Part shown: positions 28,371-50,447 of the stretch, piece by piece
Layout: the number at the start of each line of letters is the position of its first letter
Position numbering within the stretch: the stretch's first letter is position 1
Source: the human T2T-CHM13v2.0 reference genome, Homo sapiens
NCBI RefSeq assembly: GCF_009914755.1
Contig: NC_060927.1
Length of the DNA: 64,000 bases
Strand: one strand, 5' to 3'
Notes under the pieces: model-generated
Seen by the model: only the letters and a program-made list of their open reading frames with translations
What the model was told of the DNA's origin: nothing
Database searches by the model: none
Made by a program: the position numbers and the translations under genes

Positions 28371-30631
28371 GGATTTTCTTGATGGCTTCTTGCTGTTGAC
28401 TTTTGTATGCCTTATCCAGATCATTTTCTTTCTATTTAAGGAAGTATTTTAGACTCTAACTGCATGGACCATTCATTCATCAGTTTATGCATTCATGCAC
28501 TCATTTATTAAGCACCTACTTCCTCCCAGGCACTAGGAATAAAATAGTGAAGTAGTAGGTACTTAATACAGGTGTAAGTCCCAACCTCTTGGAATTTAGA
28601 GAGTACAGAGATGATCCTTAAAGCATTCCAGTGCTTGATGCACCAAATGGCATTATCTCAGAAGGAGGTCTTGGACCCCCTACCTTGGGCAGCTTATCCA
28701 TTTAGAGAGGATGGAATCCCAAAGCCTGATTGCAGATAGATGCTGGGAAACAGCTGGAAATTCAGTGGCAGAACTTGGCTTCAAGTCCTTATTCTGCTAC
28801 TGACAAGCTGTGGGACTTCGCCAAAGTCACTTAGCCTCTCTGAGCCTCAGACTTTTCATCTCTAAAATGCCTTATGTTATGACACTTGGCTGTAAAATCT
28901 AGCCCAGAGCCCAGAACATTTCAGGCTCTCCATAAATGTTTAAGGTGACATTTGCCCCATTTTTGCTGGTTTTTTGAGTTGTTTTCCTGAGAGACCAAAG
29001 CTATGCGAACTGTATTAGGAAGAAATAGAGGTTTTTAGTTAACCTAGTTTAGTCTGATTTCTACAAAGAGACTATGTATACCTTAAAATCCAAATGGGAT
29101 ATTTTGCCCAAAGTTACCCATTCTATTTTCTATATTAATGCATTCACTCTCAACAAAGCTTGAAGTTGAGCCCCCTTCCCAAGACCTGGATTATCCAGTT
29201 GCCTCTGTAATAATGTTAAATAATTGTGTAGTATTTACTTGGGTGGGGTATAAGAAACTGCTGCCAGTCTTCTCACACCTTAGATGGGGAATGCAATGGA
29301 CTGTCAAAGTAAAATTCATGCAAATATCCTAGAAATGCCATTTCTTACCGTTTGGCAGTAACCAGCTCATCCAGGAAAATGGAATTGATCAGTGTTGAAT
29401 TATGTCATACTCGCTATGGTCTATAAAATATGGAAACCAGAAACTACTGTGTAATGTTACCCCACAGCATTAAACCACTTCTCAGAGCAGTTAAGCTCTA
29501 ATTATGAAAGGAAACAGATGTTGCCAGTTCTCATCTCTCACAATTCCCACATCTGTCAAGGCCCTCCTCCATGGGTTAGAGTGGGGAGATCCTCAGGGGA
29601 GAATTGGCCATTGGGTTTCTCAATCACCTCCTGGAATTAGGATCAGTAGTAGAAACAGAGAGGTGTTTTATGAAGGTCAATTTCTAGTTACCTCATGCAC
29701 CAGCCCTTAACTGACAGCAGGGAGCAACACTTCTGATTTGTACCAAGGCCCCTGGAGTTACTCAGCTGTATTAAACTATTAGGAGGAAGAATGAAAATCG
29801 AAATAGATCGCATCCATTTGAGGTGGGCTGCTCAAAATGCGTTCACTGGGAGTGTTAAATTCAATATAGATGACAAGGTCGGATGAGATCCACTGCCTCA
29901 TCCCAAGCAGCTTAACGTTCAGCTGCTCACCACAGGATATTACTGCACACTTCATTAGATTATACTTCTAACCTGAAACAATAACTGTTAAATTCCAAAC
30001 TACATCTTAGTCTTGGAGATCGTTCCTCAGAGGTACCTTAACCTTGGGACGGGTAGCTGAATGGGAATCGATTTGTCATCTTCTAAAACTTGCTAGAGCT
30101 AAGAGTTCACAAATTGACACTCACACAACATATTCTGAATTCGACAGTGGTTTAAACTTAGCTACAGACTTGTACAGTTCTGTGCCTGGCCAAAATTGCT
30201 GCAGCCCTTTAAAATATTACTTTGGAATCACATGCACAAATACGATACTGCTCTCACTGTGGAAGGTTGTTTACATTAAAATTGTGGCTGCCTTGTGACC
30301 CTGTGGCCAAATTTGTCATCGGCTAACTTTGGCCAAAATTCATATTTACCTGCACCATTTTGAGGTCACGAAGTTTAACCTGACCAGTGAGAATATGACC
30401 ACAAATTCTCAACCCGTTCGATTCTGTTTCACCTTCATCTTTCTGCTGCTTTGTTCGTACAGGCTGGGGGGTTATGTTCCATGATCAATCTTGTGCTTTC
30501 CTAAAGTGACAATATCTTACCTAGACATTATTTTTTATCTCCCTACACTTCAAGGTATCATCTGTCTTACAGACAAATGAAATGTTTTCATGATGACAAG
30601 TAGCACTCAGTCTTTGCTTCAAAGGATGAAT

Positions 30632-31190
30632 TTGTTCATTCATTTAGTAAGTATCAGTTGAGTGTCTACTGTGTGTCAGGTATTGTTTTAGGGACTGGGC
30701 TACTGTGATAATCCTGAGGGGATCTTTAGAACTCACCTGCTACTGGAGCTCAGACACAAGAAACAAGTAAACAAAAACACCTAATTTCAGAGAGTGAATA
30801 CAGCAATGAAGGAAGTAAGGAAATTGTAGGGCATACAATTAGACAAGGTAACCATTGAATATCTTTTCAAGAGGTGGCACTTGTACAGAGATCTGAAAAG
30901 ACTTGGGGGAAGAATATTCCAGACAGATGGAACAGCAAATGTAAGCCTCTGAAGCAGGAATAAACGTGGTTGGTTAGAAAAACAGAGAGTCCAGCATAAA
31001 AAGATGAGAACTAAGGAGTAGACAGGGCAAGATTCTGTGGGACATGCTTGGTCGGTCCAGGTCAGGAGTTGGGGTTTTATTTTCTGAGTGACGGGAAATT
31101 ATCACAAGGCTTTAGTAGAAGAAGGATATGACCTGGTTTAACTTTCTTAAAGGTTATATTTTGGCTAATCTGTAGTGAATAGATCTATAA
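30632..31190 (-). mobile_element. L2 fragment (followed by MIR at ~31230-31410)
   Basis: 'ttcattcatttagtaagtatcagttgagtgtctactgtgtgtcaggtattg'. Confidence 0.7.
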
Positions 31191-31603
31191 CATTTTGTCT
31201 AAAATATAATCACTTTAGAGAATTGAGTTATGGGGATTAGATAGTTCTCAGTCTAAATCCCAGCTCTACCATTTAGTAGCTCACCCTGTGCAAGTTATTT
31301 AATTTCTAGCTTTATAACTTACAGTGGCCAAATGGGCATGAAAATACCTGCCTCCTTAAATCAGGTCATATACACGTGAGACACATAGTAAATCCACAAT
31401 ATATGGTAAGGTTATTTATTCATTCACTCATTTTTTTTTTACATGTTTGTCTATTCAACAGATGTGTATTTAACCACTGGTATTCTGCCCCTTCAAAGTA
31501 CAGCACACAGCAGTTTTTTTGTCTTCTTTCGTTAGCTGCATATTATTCTTCATTATTTTGGAGCATTTGATTTGTTATCATCACTCCCCCAATATGGCTC
31601 CAT

Positions 31604-32580
<977 letters not shown>

Positions 32581-33957
32581 TGAATCCCTAAACCCTCCTG
32601 AGAACCTGAAATGAGCACATAAATCCTAGATTCTCATTCATTTGGTAAATACTGACCTTCTCTCCCCACAGCATGTGAAGGATAAGGTTTTATGATGCTA
32701 AATTAGTTGTTCTCAATATCTAAAATACCAGAAATGTTGACCATACATTAAAGCAATGAAGTGATTGAAACCAATAAAGAAGCCTAATAATTACAGTACA
32801 ATTCTATTACAAGAGGATAACGCTTCACAGTGTCTACCAAAATAATCATAGTTTTAAACACTGTTGATTGTCCTTCAACCAAATGCAGACCTTTTTAGAA
32901 GAGTTTACTTCCCTGACTAAGCTCTCTAATACTCATAAGGCAAAGTTCTTAAATATTCCACAAAACATACGCTTTTTTCCTTGATGATAACTTGATATCA
33001 TGATTAGCCTCTTCTCCCTGTCAGCACGTTTTCTCTGTTCTGCAGGGTTTCATGAGCCTCACTCAGCACAACCTGATGCCTGACAGAAATCATCATAATA
33101 ATATGTACCCTCAGTTGTAACAAAAAAAATTGTACACATCAATCAATACATTCGAAGGATACATGGCACACCAGTAAAATTGAGACATCCCTTTTGAGAA
33201 CCACTAAAGTAAGGAGTGTCACCAGACACCTGATATTTATTTCAAACAGCAATAATTGCTCCTGGAATAGTACCACATAGACTGTGATATTGTTACTGCA
33301 CAAAATCCCCAGCCTAGTATTTGGTCAAAATTTTGCAAAGTTTTGCAAAGACACTCTTGATATTTCCTGAGAACTGTCTATGTCCTAAGTAATTGTGTCC
33401 AGAGAGGTTTGTGACTTACACAAAGTTCTCCCAAAATGAGACTTCTTGCAAATATAAACTAATGAACACCTTCTAGAGCTCTAATGGCAGTTCAGAGCCT
33501 GACAAAATAAAGTATGAAGTTTAATAAAGTCCTATGAACGTGCTTCCAGATGCCACTCTGTTCTTCCAGTGAAATTCCTGACAGCATGTTCGGCAAATTT
33601 TCCCTGAAGTGACCATGAGGCCAGCATGTAAAATAGCAATGCAATGCGGAAATGGGAAGCTGCTGATATCTAGCAGCCAGGCTGAACGGAGACCCTGTAT
33701 TTTGATATCCATTTTGATCTATTCTTGGAAAATGTCACTTGAAAGTACCATTCACATACTCCTTCTTCAGTCGTCTTGAGGAGACTGATATGGCATGTTC
33801 AGGGGCATCCTCCTTTCTCCATCTATTGGTTAAACTTTCTAAGAGTTGTTCTAATATTTGTAGCAAAAAAAAAGCATTTGCTGAGAAATTACAGCCAGTG
33901 ATTCACCTGAATTCTCTTATTTTTTCTCAACGATTCTGTGAAGTAAATACCATTATT

Positions 33958-39129
<5,172 letters not shown>

Positions 39130-39574
39130 AGTAAATACCATTATTAAACCAGATTTATCAATATGGAAACTGAGGCATAGAGAGGTGAAGCAACTTATCT
39201 CAAGTTATCAGTGTTCTTTTTGGAGCTAGGAATTCAGTCACAGAAATGAAGAAGTGTTAAGTTTTTCACATTCTGATGGTTAACCTTTATTCTGCATTTG
39301 CCTATGTGTCATGTGTTGGCTCTAGAGAAATCAACTATGGCCACCAGAGCCCAGATCTGGCAACAAAAGTAAAACTTAATAGAAAAACATCAAGTCACTG
39401 CCTTGGGAAAGGATGCTTATTTAGCTGCCTGGAAAAGAACTTAACTGGCTAAACAGAGTTTTGTCCTTTTGTCCTCTAAAACTCTCCCATGGTGTATCTG
39501 GATGTCCTCACTGGGATAGCATAAACTATTGATCCCAATTTCTTTAGCTCTCTGCAGTGGAGTTATATGTCCAC

Positions 39575-39960
39575 ACCTCTTCTGTGGCCTTCTGGTAGTT
39601 GTGATGTATTTTCCAGCCCTTGACTGTGTGTTTGGACATACAACCTGTTTTAACAGTGGGCTGTTAGTGAACATGATATGAGCATACAGTTGAATTGTGC
39701 TTTCAGGGTTGGGCTTGCCCTCTTTCATGAAAAGGGCATGCTGAAGGTAGCTTCTGCCCTTTCAGCTTGAGCAATAGAATGTTCTGAGCCCAACCAAAAG
39801 GCTAGAGCCAAGCCCAGCTGACCCACAGGTAGAAGCAGAGCTGCTCAGCAGCTAAGTCACTGACCCAAGTGCATGATAACAAACGGTTGTTATTTGAAGC
39901 CACTAAGCTTAGGGGTAATTTGTTACATGGCATTATTGTGGCTATTGCTAACCAGTACAC
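39575..39960 (+). mobile_element. Old MLT1 (I/J-like) LTR fragment
   Basis: 'gttatttgaagccactaagcttaggggtaatttgttacatggcattattgtggctattgctaaccagtaca'. Confidence 0.7.
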
Positions 39961-40594
39961 TGTGACAAACACAAACTAGAGGTTCTTTTTCAGTTTCTGT
40001 GTAAACTCTTTGGTTGTATCTCAGTCCTCTCCTCCTGAACTTGCTGGGTCACCTAACATAGTATCAACAGTTCCTCTACTTGCCAGCAAAGTTTCAAGTC
40101 CTGGACTGTTTAGCTCAATGATTCTTAGTGCAGACCCTTCATTTGGTTGGAAGAGAAAAGACAGGTGTCAGAGTCAGTGTGTAAAGTAGAAGTTATGACT
40201 GATCAAAAACACCCTTGAAGAGCTTGCAAATTATCCCCGAAGTTCAGAGTCATGATTTTGTGTTTATAGCTCTGCAAATGTATGCTTATCCCAGTTTAAG
40301 AAACCCCAAAGAAAGAAACAAAAACAGGGTCTCTGTGCAGATACCTGGACTTTCAAACTCTTCTGCTTTTAACATAATTAGAAAATTCCTAGCAGTGAGT
40401 CAGAAATATGTGAAAACTCTAAACATTCTCTATGTGCTCAGAGTTTGTACCATTTTTCCATTAAGACATCTAACCTTAACCTGTTTGAGGATTTGATAGA
40501 GTAGGATCTGATTGCAGAGAACAGGTCTGGAAAAAGCTTAGGTCTAAATTCAGTTTGTAGATTAAATGTGTTCATGGCCACCTTCACCATAATT

Positions 40595-41619
40595 AATTTT
40601 TTAAAACTTTTTTTCAATAGTTGTAGGGATACAAGTGGTTTTTGGTTAAATTTTAGACTAAAATTTTCGTGTACCCACCACTTGACTAGAGTACATTGTA
40701 CCCAATATGTAGTTTTATTATCCTCCACTCCTCTCCCACCCTCCCATCCTCTGAATCTCCAAAGTCCATTATATCACTCTATATGCCTTTGCATACGCAT
40801 AGCTTAGCCCCCCACTTATAATTGAGAACATATGGTATTTAGTTGTCCATTCTTGAGTTACTTCACTTAGAAGAATGGCCTCTAGCTCCATCCAAGTTGC
40901 TGCAAAAGACATTATTTTATTCTTTGTTATGGCTGAGGAGTATTCCATGGTATGTGTGTATATATGTATACATTATAGATATGTATTATATATGTGTGTA
41001 TTATATATAATTATATATAATGTGTGTATTATATATAATTATATATAATGTGTGTATTATATATAATTATATATAATGTGTGTATTATATATAATTATAT
41101 ATAATATGTGTATTATATATAATTATATATAATGTGTATTGTATATAATTACATATAATGTGTGTATTATATAGAATTATATATAATGTGTGTATTATAT
41201 ATAATTATATATATAATGTGTGTATTATATATAATTATATATAATGTGTGTATTATATATAATTATATATAATGTGTGTATTATATATAATTATATATAA
41301 TGTGTGTATTATATATAATTATATATAATGTGTGTATTATATATAATTATATATATAATGTGTGTATTATATATAATTATATATAATGTGTGTATTATAT
41401 ATAATTATATATAATGTGTGTATTATATATAATTATATATATAATGTGTGTATTATATGTAATTATATATATAATATGTGTATTATATGTAATTATATAT
41501 ATAATATGTGTATTATATGTAATTATATATATAATATGTGTATTATATATACATAATATTGTCTTTATCCACTCACCAACTGATGGACACTTAGGTTGGT
41601 TTTGTATCTTTGTAATGAC
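40595..41619 (-). mobile_element. Truncated L1PB (PB2-4-like) 3'UTR containing an expanded minisatellite
   Basis: Antisense L1PB 3'UTR; TSD caccataatt at 40585-40594 and 41620-41629. Confidence 0.88.
40994..41550. repeat. AT-rich minisatellite, 28-bp unit (30-bp variants), ~20 copies
   Basis: Unit gtgtgtattatatataattatatataat; units start at 40994, 41022 and so on. Confidence 0.97.
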
Positions 41620-44600
41620 CACCATAATTCCTACTTTACCTGCTAAACCCAGAACAACTTCAAATAATAAGCAAAATAATTCTCCTTTATATTTCCTATA
41701 CTCCCACATTGTCCTCAGTGTTTCATCTCAGATACTAAGCTGTGGGCTAGGAAGGTAGACACATGAAAAATATATCGTGAGAGACTTAAACTTTGCCTCA
41801 GCCTACAGAATAACCATACTGAGAAATTATATCCTCTAGTCTGTGGAAGAACAACTAAAATAAATAAATTAATTAAAAAACAACCTGTCCCTAGCAAGTA
41901 TCTGTGGGAGGGAAATTAGGTCCCATGTGATCTTATGCCATCACTGTATGATGCTTTCACCTTCTGTGGCAGATGCACAGTACAATTAAATTTCTCTTAA
42001 AGCTATATTTATTCCATTTAAAAACCTGAATTTTTACTGAGGTTATGTTCTTTCTACTTTTTTGGTGTTCAAACTATTTTTTAAAACTAGAAGACAAATG
42101 AAGGCAGGTGTGTGTGTGAGTGTGTGCTTGGTGTGCAAGTGTGATGGATTTTTTATGACCTATTGTGACATGTAGAAAGTTGGATGTCCAAATTCTATCT
42201 TGGTCATTTACTAGTTCATGAAACTCAAACACCATGAGAGATTTCATGAGAGATTTCATTCACTTAGACAGTTAAAGGGCCAGCAGCAAATTGGTTAGCC
42301 AGTGGAACTCAAAATCTTTCCACTGGGAACCCCTGTCCCCAGAATGGAGGGGTAAATTTTCCAAAAGAAATGATAATTTCTCACATTTACAACCCTGTCA
42401 TCTACTTTAAACTTTTTCACAAGCTAGGAGAAAGGCAGGGTATAAGTTATTAGAATTTTATAGTTGATGGATTAAGTCTCAGAGTGATTAAGTCCCACCT
42501 CAGTGCCAGAATTAGAATTTGAAACCAGGCCTTCTACTTCAGTTTCAAATCTCTTTCTACTAGAGTGTTATAATATCTACTTTGGCAAACTGCTAAGGCT
42601 GACCTTCTTTGTTGACCAAGAAGATTGCTTAAATATACAAGTTTCTCCTGCCCTAAAAGTCACTCTGTAGTCTGAGATGCAACTAATTAAAATTCCCCTG
42701 TTAGGCTTTTTAGAATACTATCTCTGCCTTCTAGAATTCTGCTTTTTGAAGCATAGACCAAAAGCCACCACCTCCATGAAGCCTTTTCTGAGTCCGTCTC
42801 TTCCACCCAGACAGATATAATTTATTTGTGCTCTGAATGCCCCATTGGGCTTGGTGTTTCCTCTTGGGGCAAGTAGGTGCTGGGTCTCTACGCACCTACT
42901 ACTAGATTGCAAACATCCCACGATGTTTTCTACTTTTAGCACCATTCCTCTTTCCTTTTGCCAACACATCACAATTCAGATTCGTTTTAGCTTTAAACAG
43001 GAAAAAAAATCAAAGCTCCCTCACTCTCTTAGCAAAACATGGTCATTCCGTTTGCCCTGAGCAAGTTCCATCTACCCTCACATAAGTCCTGGAAATCAGG
43101 GAGGACAGAAAAATAAGGCCACCATGAAAGAGTTATTGAGATCCTTCTTGACACCCTAGCTTGATGAAATGAAAAGACTGTAGACTGAGATGTACCTGGG
43201 TTTGAATCCCACTCCCTCATCATTCTAGTTAAATAAATTTGGCCAAATCACTGACCTTCTCTTCACCTCCATTTCCTCATCTGTGCAAGAGTCAATGTAT
43301 ATGATGGAACTTTTATGCCTGACACATTGGAGGCACTCAATTAAATGGTAGCACCTTATTGTTACTGGTATTGCTGCTACTTTTGCTGATATTCTTACTA
43401 ACATTCTTACTGGCTCATACTCCCCCTGAGGAAACATTAGCTCTTGTCCACAATGCCCTTTGTACTCATAGCCGTCTTTGTCTCCTATCCTTTTCAGATC
43501 ACTCCATGGGGCCACCAGCAGGTTTCCTCATGCAATATATAAATAGCGAATATTGGAACCAGAGTATTAATTTAGCCTAGACTTTTTTCCAGCCTTCCCA
43601 CTGGCCTGCCTTGTAGATGGATGAACTGGAGCAGAAATAAGGAGGCAATGTTCTTTCTTCATATCACACACCTAAGGGATTTTTTTTTAGTCTTCTGAGA
43701 ACATTAAATTCTACCTCGAGCTCAAAGTAACTCTCAATGAGAGAAATCATTCATGGGAAACAGGGGAAGGCGCTGAACTTCAAAGCCAAACTGAATCGCA
43801 GCTGGTACCCCCTGCAACTCTCAAGAATAGGAAAGCAGCAGTCGGAGAAACTAGAATGGAGTGCTGTGGGGTGGGGGCGAGGATGAACAACCACTCTGGC
43901 ATTTAAATAACATTGGCAGCTTAAACTCAAGCCATCATTTCAAGAAAATTCCAACATAAGGTGAAGTAGTTTAAAGTGTAAAAAGTTGACTCTTCTGCAG
44001 AGGCAACTTTTTATACTTTACTTGTCATTCTCATATGAAACCTGCAAGTCCATGTTAAGAAACTGTTGCCTGGAAATCGGAAGTGTTAAAGATGATCGAT
44101 AAAGTTACCTTACAGGGAAGGCTGAGCCAAAGCCGGCTTTTTAATTTTATTTTATTTCTCCTATTTATCTTGTAGGTGCATTAAGAATAGATTGCTTGCT
44201 CATAAATGTAACTGATTATTTGGCTGGTTATGTAGCTGTTGCTATTTTGAACTCCTGAGTTTCTGGCTTTCTGGTGGGAAGTTTAATAGCTCATTAAATG
44301 GTATACCGTCTCATTTTTATCCAGCCTCACTTTCTGCTGTTTTAATACGTGCTGAGGAATTTGGAGATGTACCCTCATTTGAACAAATGATGCTGGATAA
44401 AGAGCCATGCTCAGCCCCGAACACAGTAAAGTTTTTTAATAATGTAAATTTGAGTTCATAGTGAGTATTGAAACAGAGCTATATAGTTTCCAAACTTACG
44501 TCAGATCTCGTTTAATCTTCACGAGGTAGAAAAGTATTCATTCATTACAAAATACTTCCTACAAAGTGCCAGGCATTGTGTTCAATGTTGTGTCTGCAAT

Positions 44601-45095
44601 TCTAGATAGCATCATTTCTCTATTTTTAAATGAGGAACCTGGTTTCAGCAAGATTAAGTGACTTGGCCAAGGTCACAGGAGTGAGCAAAAGACCCAGTTC
44701 CTCTGATTCAAATCCCATGTTCATTTCCACAGAATAAACATATAGCTGAAAGGAGCTTTAGAGATCATATCAATGTTTATATATGAGAAAAATAAGCATT
44801 CGGTCCTAAGTTTACACATGTGTACTGTGTATACACATGTACACATAGTGAAATGGGGATGGGAACTCAAGTCCCACAACACTTAGTGTATTGTCTTACA
44901 CAAAAGGATACTTTAAGATTAACTTATTCTATATTTTTAGGTCATCTCTGAAGTCTACTTTCTTCTCTGAAGTACATGCTCCAAAATTTCTTCTCCAAGT
45001 ACATCCCCTCAGGACACCTTAGAATATAAGAGAAACATTCTGACCAAATTTGTCTCCATCTTGACCTCAGGCACTTTAGTCTGTGTTGAAACTTC

Positions 45096-45803
45096 TTTTT
45101 CTTTTTTTAAGAGAAGTCTTTATTTACTTGTTTTGAAAAAAAAAAAAGCTGGCTAAGTTGGTTGCTTTTTGGTGATCAATGAGACCAAACTCCATATCCT
45201 TGTCCAACTCTCGATTCCTCCTTGGTTCAACCTTGGCTGTAGCTGTGGCCACAGTAGGAGCAGCAGTGATAGCAGAGGTCACACGGGCAGCAGCCACAAG
45301 GCAGGTAGATCAGCCAAGAAGGTCTTGACCTTTTCAGCAAGTGGGAAGGTGCAATCAGTCTCCACAGACAAAGCCAGGACTTCTTTGTACCCGTTGATGA
45401 TAAAATGGGGTACTGATGCAACAGCTGGGTAACCAATCTGCAAACACTGGCACCATGCAGACACCCTGGAAGAGAGGATGCAGAGTGTCCCCTGTGATGT
45501 AAAGCACTTCAGGGATGTAGATGCTGCCATTGTCAGACACTGGCTTGATGATCCGCCAAGGAATAGGGGAGACGTTCAGCCGTATGGCTTCACTGGCTCC
45601 CACTTTGTCTCCAGTCTTAATGAGCTGCACATCCCTTACGATTTCAACGATGCCCCTGGAGATTTTGGTGGTGATGCCTAATGCCTGGAAGAACACCTGG
45701 TCTCAGCATGGTTTTCTGGGCACAGAGACTTCACATGGGGCAGTGGCACCAGCATTGGTGGTAGCTGGCACCTTATTGGCCAGCAGTGTGTCCCTGAACT
45801 CAG
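45096..45803 (-). pseudogene. RPLP0: Processed pseudogene of 60S acidic ribosomal protein P0 (uL10), 5'-truncated, frameshifted
   Basis: Peptides [29 protein letters not shown] and [37 protein letters not shown] in different frames; RPLP0-like 3'UTR 'tcaccaaaaagcaaccaacttagccag'; AATAAA at 45119-45124 (-) and decayed poly(A). The symbol is that of the parent gene. Confidence 0.95.
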
Positions 45804-45879
45804 AACATAATGAACATGACCCAACTGACGGCTCCAACTGGTCCATCAACTAAGAATTTTGCCTCTCTCCTGTCTGCAG

Positions 45880-46410
45880 GCATAGTCAACTTCTAAAAAT
45901 GTAAATTGTGTTGGTGGTTTCCCACTGCATTTAGAAGAAAATGCTGAGTCTGGTCCTGCAGGGTGCTTCAATGTGAGCTTCTTTGCCTGCTTGTCCAGCC
46001 TCATCTTGTTCCTCTCTCTCTCTCCCTCATGACCATTTGGCCATGCTGGTCTGCTTTTAGTTCTGGAATGTCTCAAGTTGTTTCCTGCCTTAGCACATGC
46101 CGTGCTTTCCTTTGTACTGGTCTTCCCATCTCTTTACTTAGCAACCTCCTCCTTATCCTTCAGAGTCTCAGGAGAAATGTCCCTTCCTCAGAAAGGCTCT
46201 CTCTAATTCCATTCTCAACCAGGTCTCTCTTTTTGCTTCCTTATAGCCCATCTACCTTTCATGATACTTACATACATTTGTCATCCCATATTTATTTGTG
46301 TAATTGGCTATTTAATGAGCTCCGATGGAAGAAGGGACTATGTCTGTTATTTTCACCACTTTGCCTGGCACATGGTAGTGGCTTAGTAAATATTTATTGG
46401 ATGCATACAT
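45880..46410 (+). mobile_element. L2 fragment
   Basis: Ends 'tgcctggcacatggtagtggcttagtaaatatttattggatg'. Confidence 0.75.
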
Positions 46411-47013
46411 TAATGGCATCTAGTGAATCCTTTAAAATCTAGTCATTAACATGTCTGTTCTGGCCTGTGTTTAGATCTCCGGAAAGCCAACACTTGTCTT
46501 ATTTATCTTTGCTGTTCCCACAATACCTCATGTGGTCCCCAACACAAAGCAAATGTTTAGTAGTGTTTATAGAAGAGCCATCTCATGAAGGAATACAATT
46601 CAATATTATTGTTGATCCCAAGGAACAGATCGTCAACAGAGGCTGTAAGCATCCTCAATCCAACTAGAAAAATTCTCTACCATCCTGCCCGCCTGCCTTG
46701 TTAAACAGGCTAATGTGCCTTTGCAGCTTTGTTGAGTTCCCACTTGTTTAAAGCTGTGTTGGTGAAGTTATTTTAATGCAGGTATCATTAGTTTGAAAAG
46801 GCTCTTAGCCCCTTCACAGAAGTCTTGAAAAATATCAGCAGCCTAACTGATGATGCCATCCATGGAGACTGGATAGCTTAAGACAGTTAAATTAAACATA
46901 AATCAAGGAGGAAAAGGGAATAAAAGTGACCTTCTGGCCACCAGTAATCATCCTTCTGGCCACTAGTTTTTATCCTCTGGAGGATAACTTTGCTACTGCA
47001 GTTTTAAATCTAG

Positions 47014-48701
<1,688 letters not shown>

Positions 48702-48854
48702 AAAAAGAGCTTGAGGAAGTAGTGCATACAATGGATTGAAGCTGAATGAATCAAAATACCAATGGACTGTTAGGTAGATTTGTGCCTGCTACACTACTAG
48801 AGGACTGCACTCTCTGGCAAGCTGAGCTGAAGTGTCCTCCCATAGGTTGGTCTT

Positions 48855-48995
48855 TGGGTGTGGGCCATAGACTAGCAACATCTGTATCACCTGAGAACTT
48901 GCTAAAAATGCAGAATCTGTGGCTTCCAAACCTACTGAGTCAGAATCTCTATTTTAACAAAAACCCCTCAGTGATTGTATGCACATTTATTTTGG
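48855..48995. mobile_element. MER5A MITE
   Basis: 'atcacctgagaacttgctaaaaatgcagaatc...cctactgagtcagaatctctattttaacaa'. Confidence 0.8.
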
Positions 48996-50088
48996 AAGCA
49001 AGATAAAGAAGAGAGAGGAGCAGAGCGAGAGCTACAGCCAACCGTTATGTCTAATGAATCCTATGCACCACCCTTTGCCTTCTAGTCAGTATCCTTTAGA
49101 AAGAGACCATTATCATGGCAGAACTTTAAGGTATTTTATCTTCCCATGTGGTATACCCCAAGTCATGAGAGTCAAGCAAAGTCCCAGGTCCTGGCTGACT
49201 CAGAGAGAAAGACTTTCACAAGAATTTCATGAACTCCAAAATGATAACTAGTAACAAACTTGCTTTCACTAATTTCAGCCAAAAGCTGTAAATACTCACA
49301 TCCCTAAGACAGAATGGCTGGAGGCAGAGAACTGAGAAAGCTTAGCATTTATTATGTCAAAAGATATAAGAATAAACTCTTTGGTAACCTATAATAAAAA
49401 CAACAATATAAATTCCTAGACAAGAAAAAAGTTTATTTTATCTATACCTATAGCCTTGCTTACAGTGGTCTGGAACTGGGTTTCTGGGCTGAAGATATGA
49501 ATGACAGAGAAAATAAAACTTAGTTATCTGGGAGGAAAAGGAAAACAAGAAAATTCACCATGCCATTGTCTGACTATTACATGGAATCTGGTTTTGAAGA
49601 CTTAAGATGAATATTAGGGAAAGAACTGTAGATTTAGAGCCTATTTTATTTCATTCATTCAAAGTCTATTTTAACATTGAACTTAAAGAGTTTCAATGCT
49701 ATACCTCAATATCATATGTACAACCTCTTAATTTGCAGTGACCGCATACAATAGTAAATTTTCTATAAAGTATTCCAAAATCTGACCAATAAAATTAGTA
49801 TTCCCTTTTTCTTGGGAAGAGTAACAGAGTAATAAAGAGAGATAACAATTTCTGTATGAAATGCAGCCTCATGCAGGCAGGCTTAAAAGGGAAAATGAAT
49901 CTCAAAGGGCATTGCAGAGGGGCATGTGTGCATGGAAAAGAAAAATTACATGTGAAACTGAGGCCATAGGGGAGTGTCTGTTGACTTCAGACCTCTGAGA
50001 AATTTTTCAGAGTCCTCAGAACAGCTTTAACTCTGTTCCCCAAGCAGAGGAGAAAATAATGCCTTTTAAATATATTTTCATAGAGTAG

Positions 50089-50447
<359 letters not shown>

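Noticed and set aside
40994-41758. CRISPR-like array or repetitive protein ORFs (41395-41709, 41414-41758)
   Set aside because: These are head-to-tail repeats with no unique spacers; the ORFs are translations of the minisatellite.
46930-46967. Short direct repeats (ccttctggccac twice; also ~32002-32048 and ~42233-42259)
   Set aside because: Ordinary slippage-scale duplications with no further structure.
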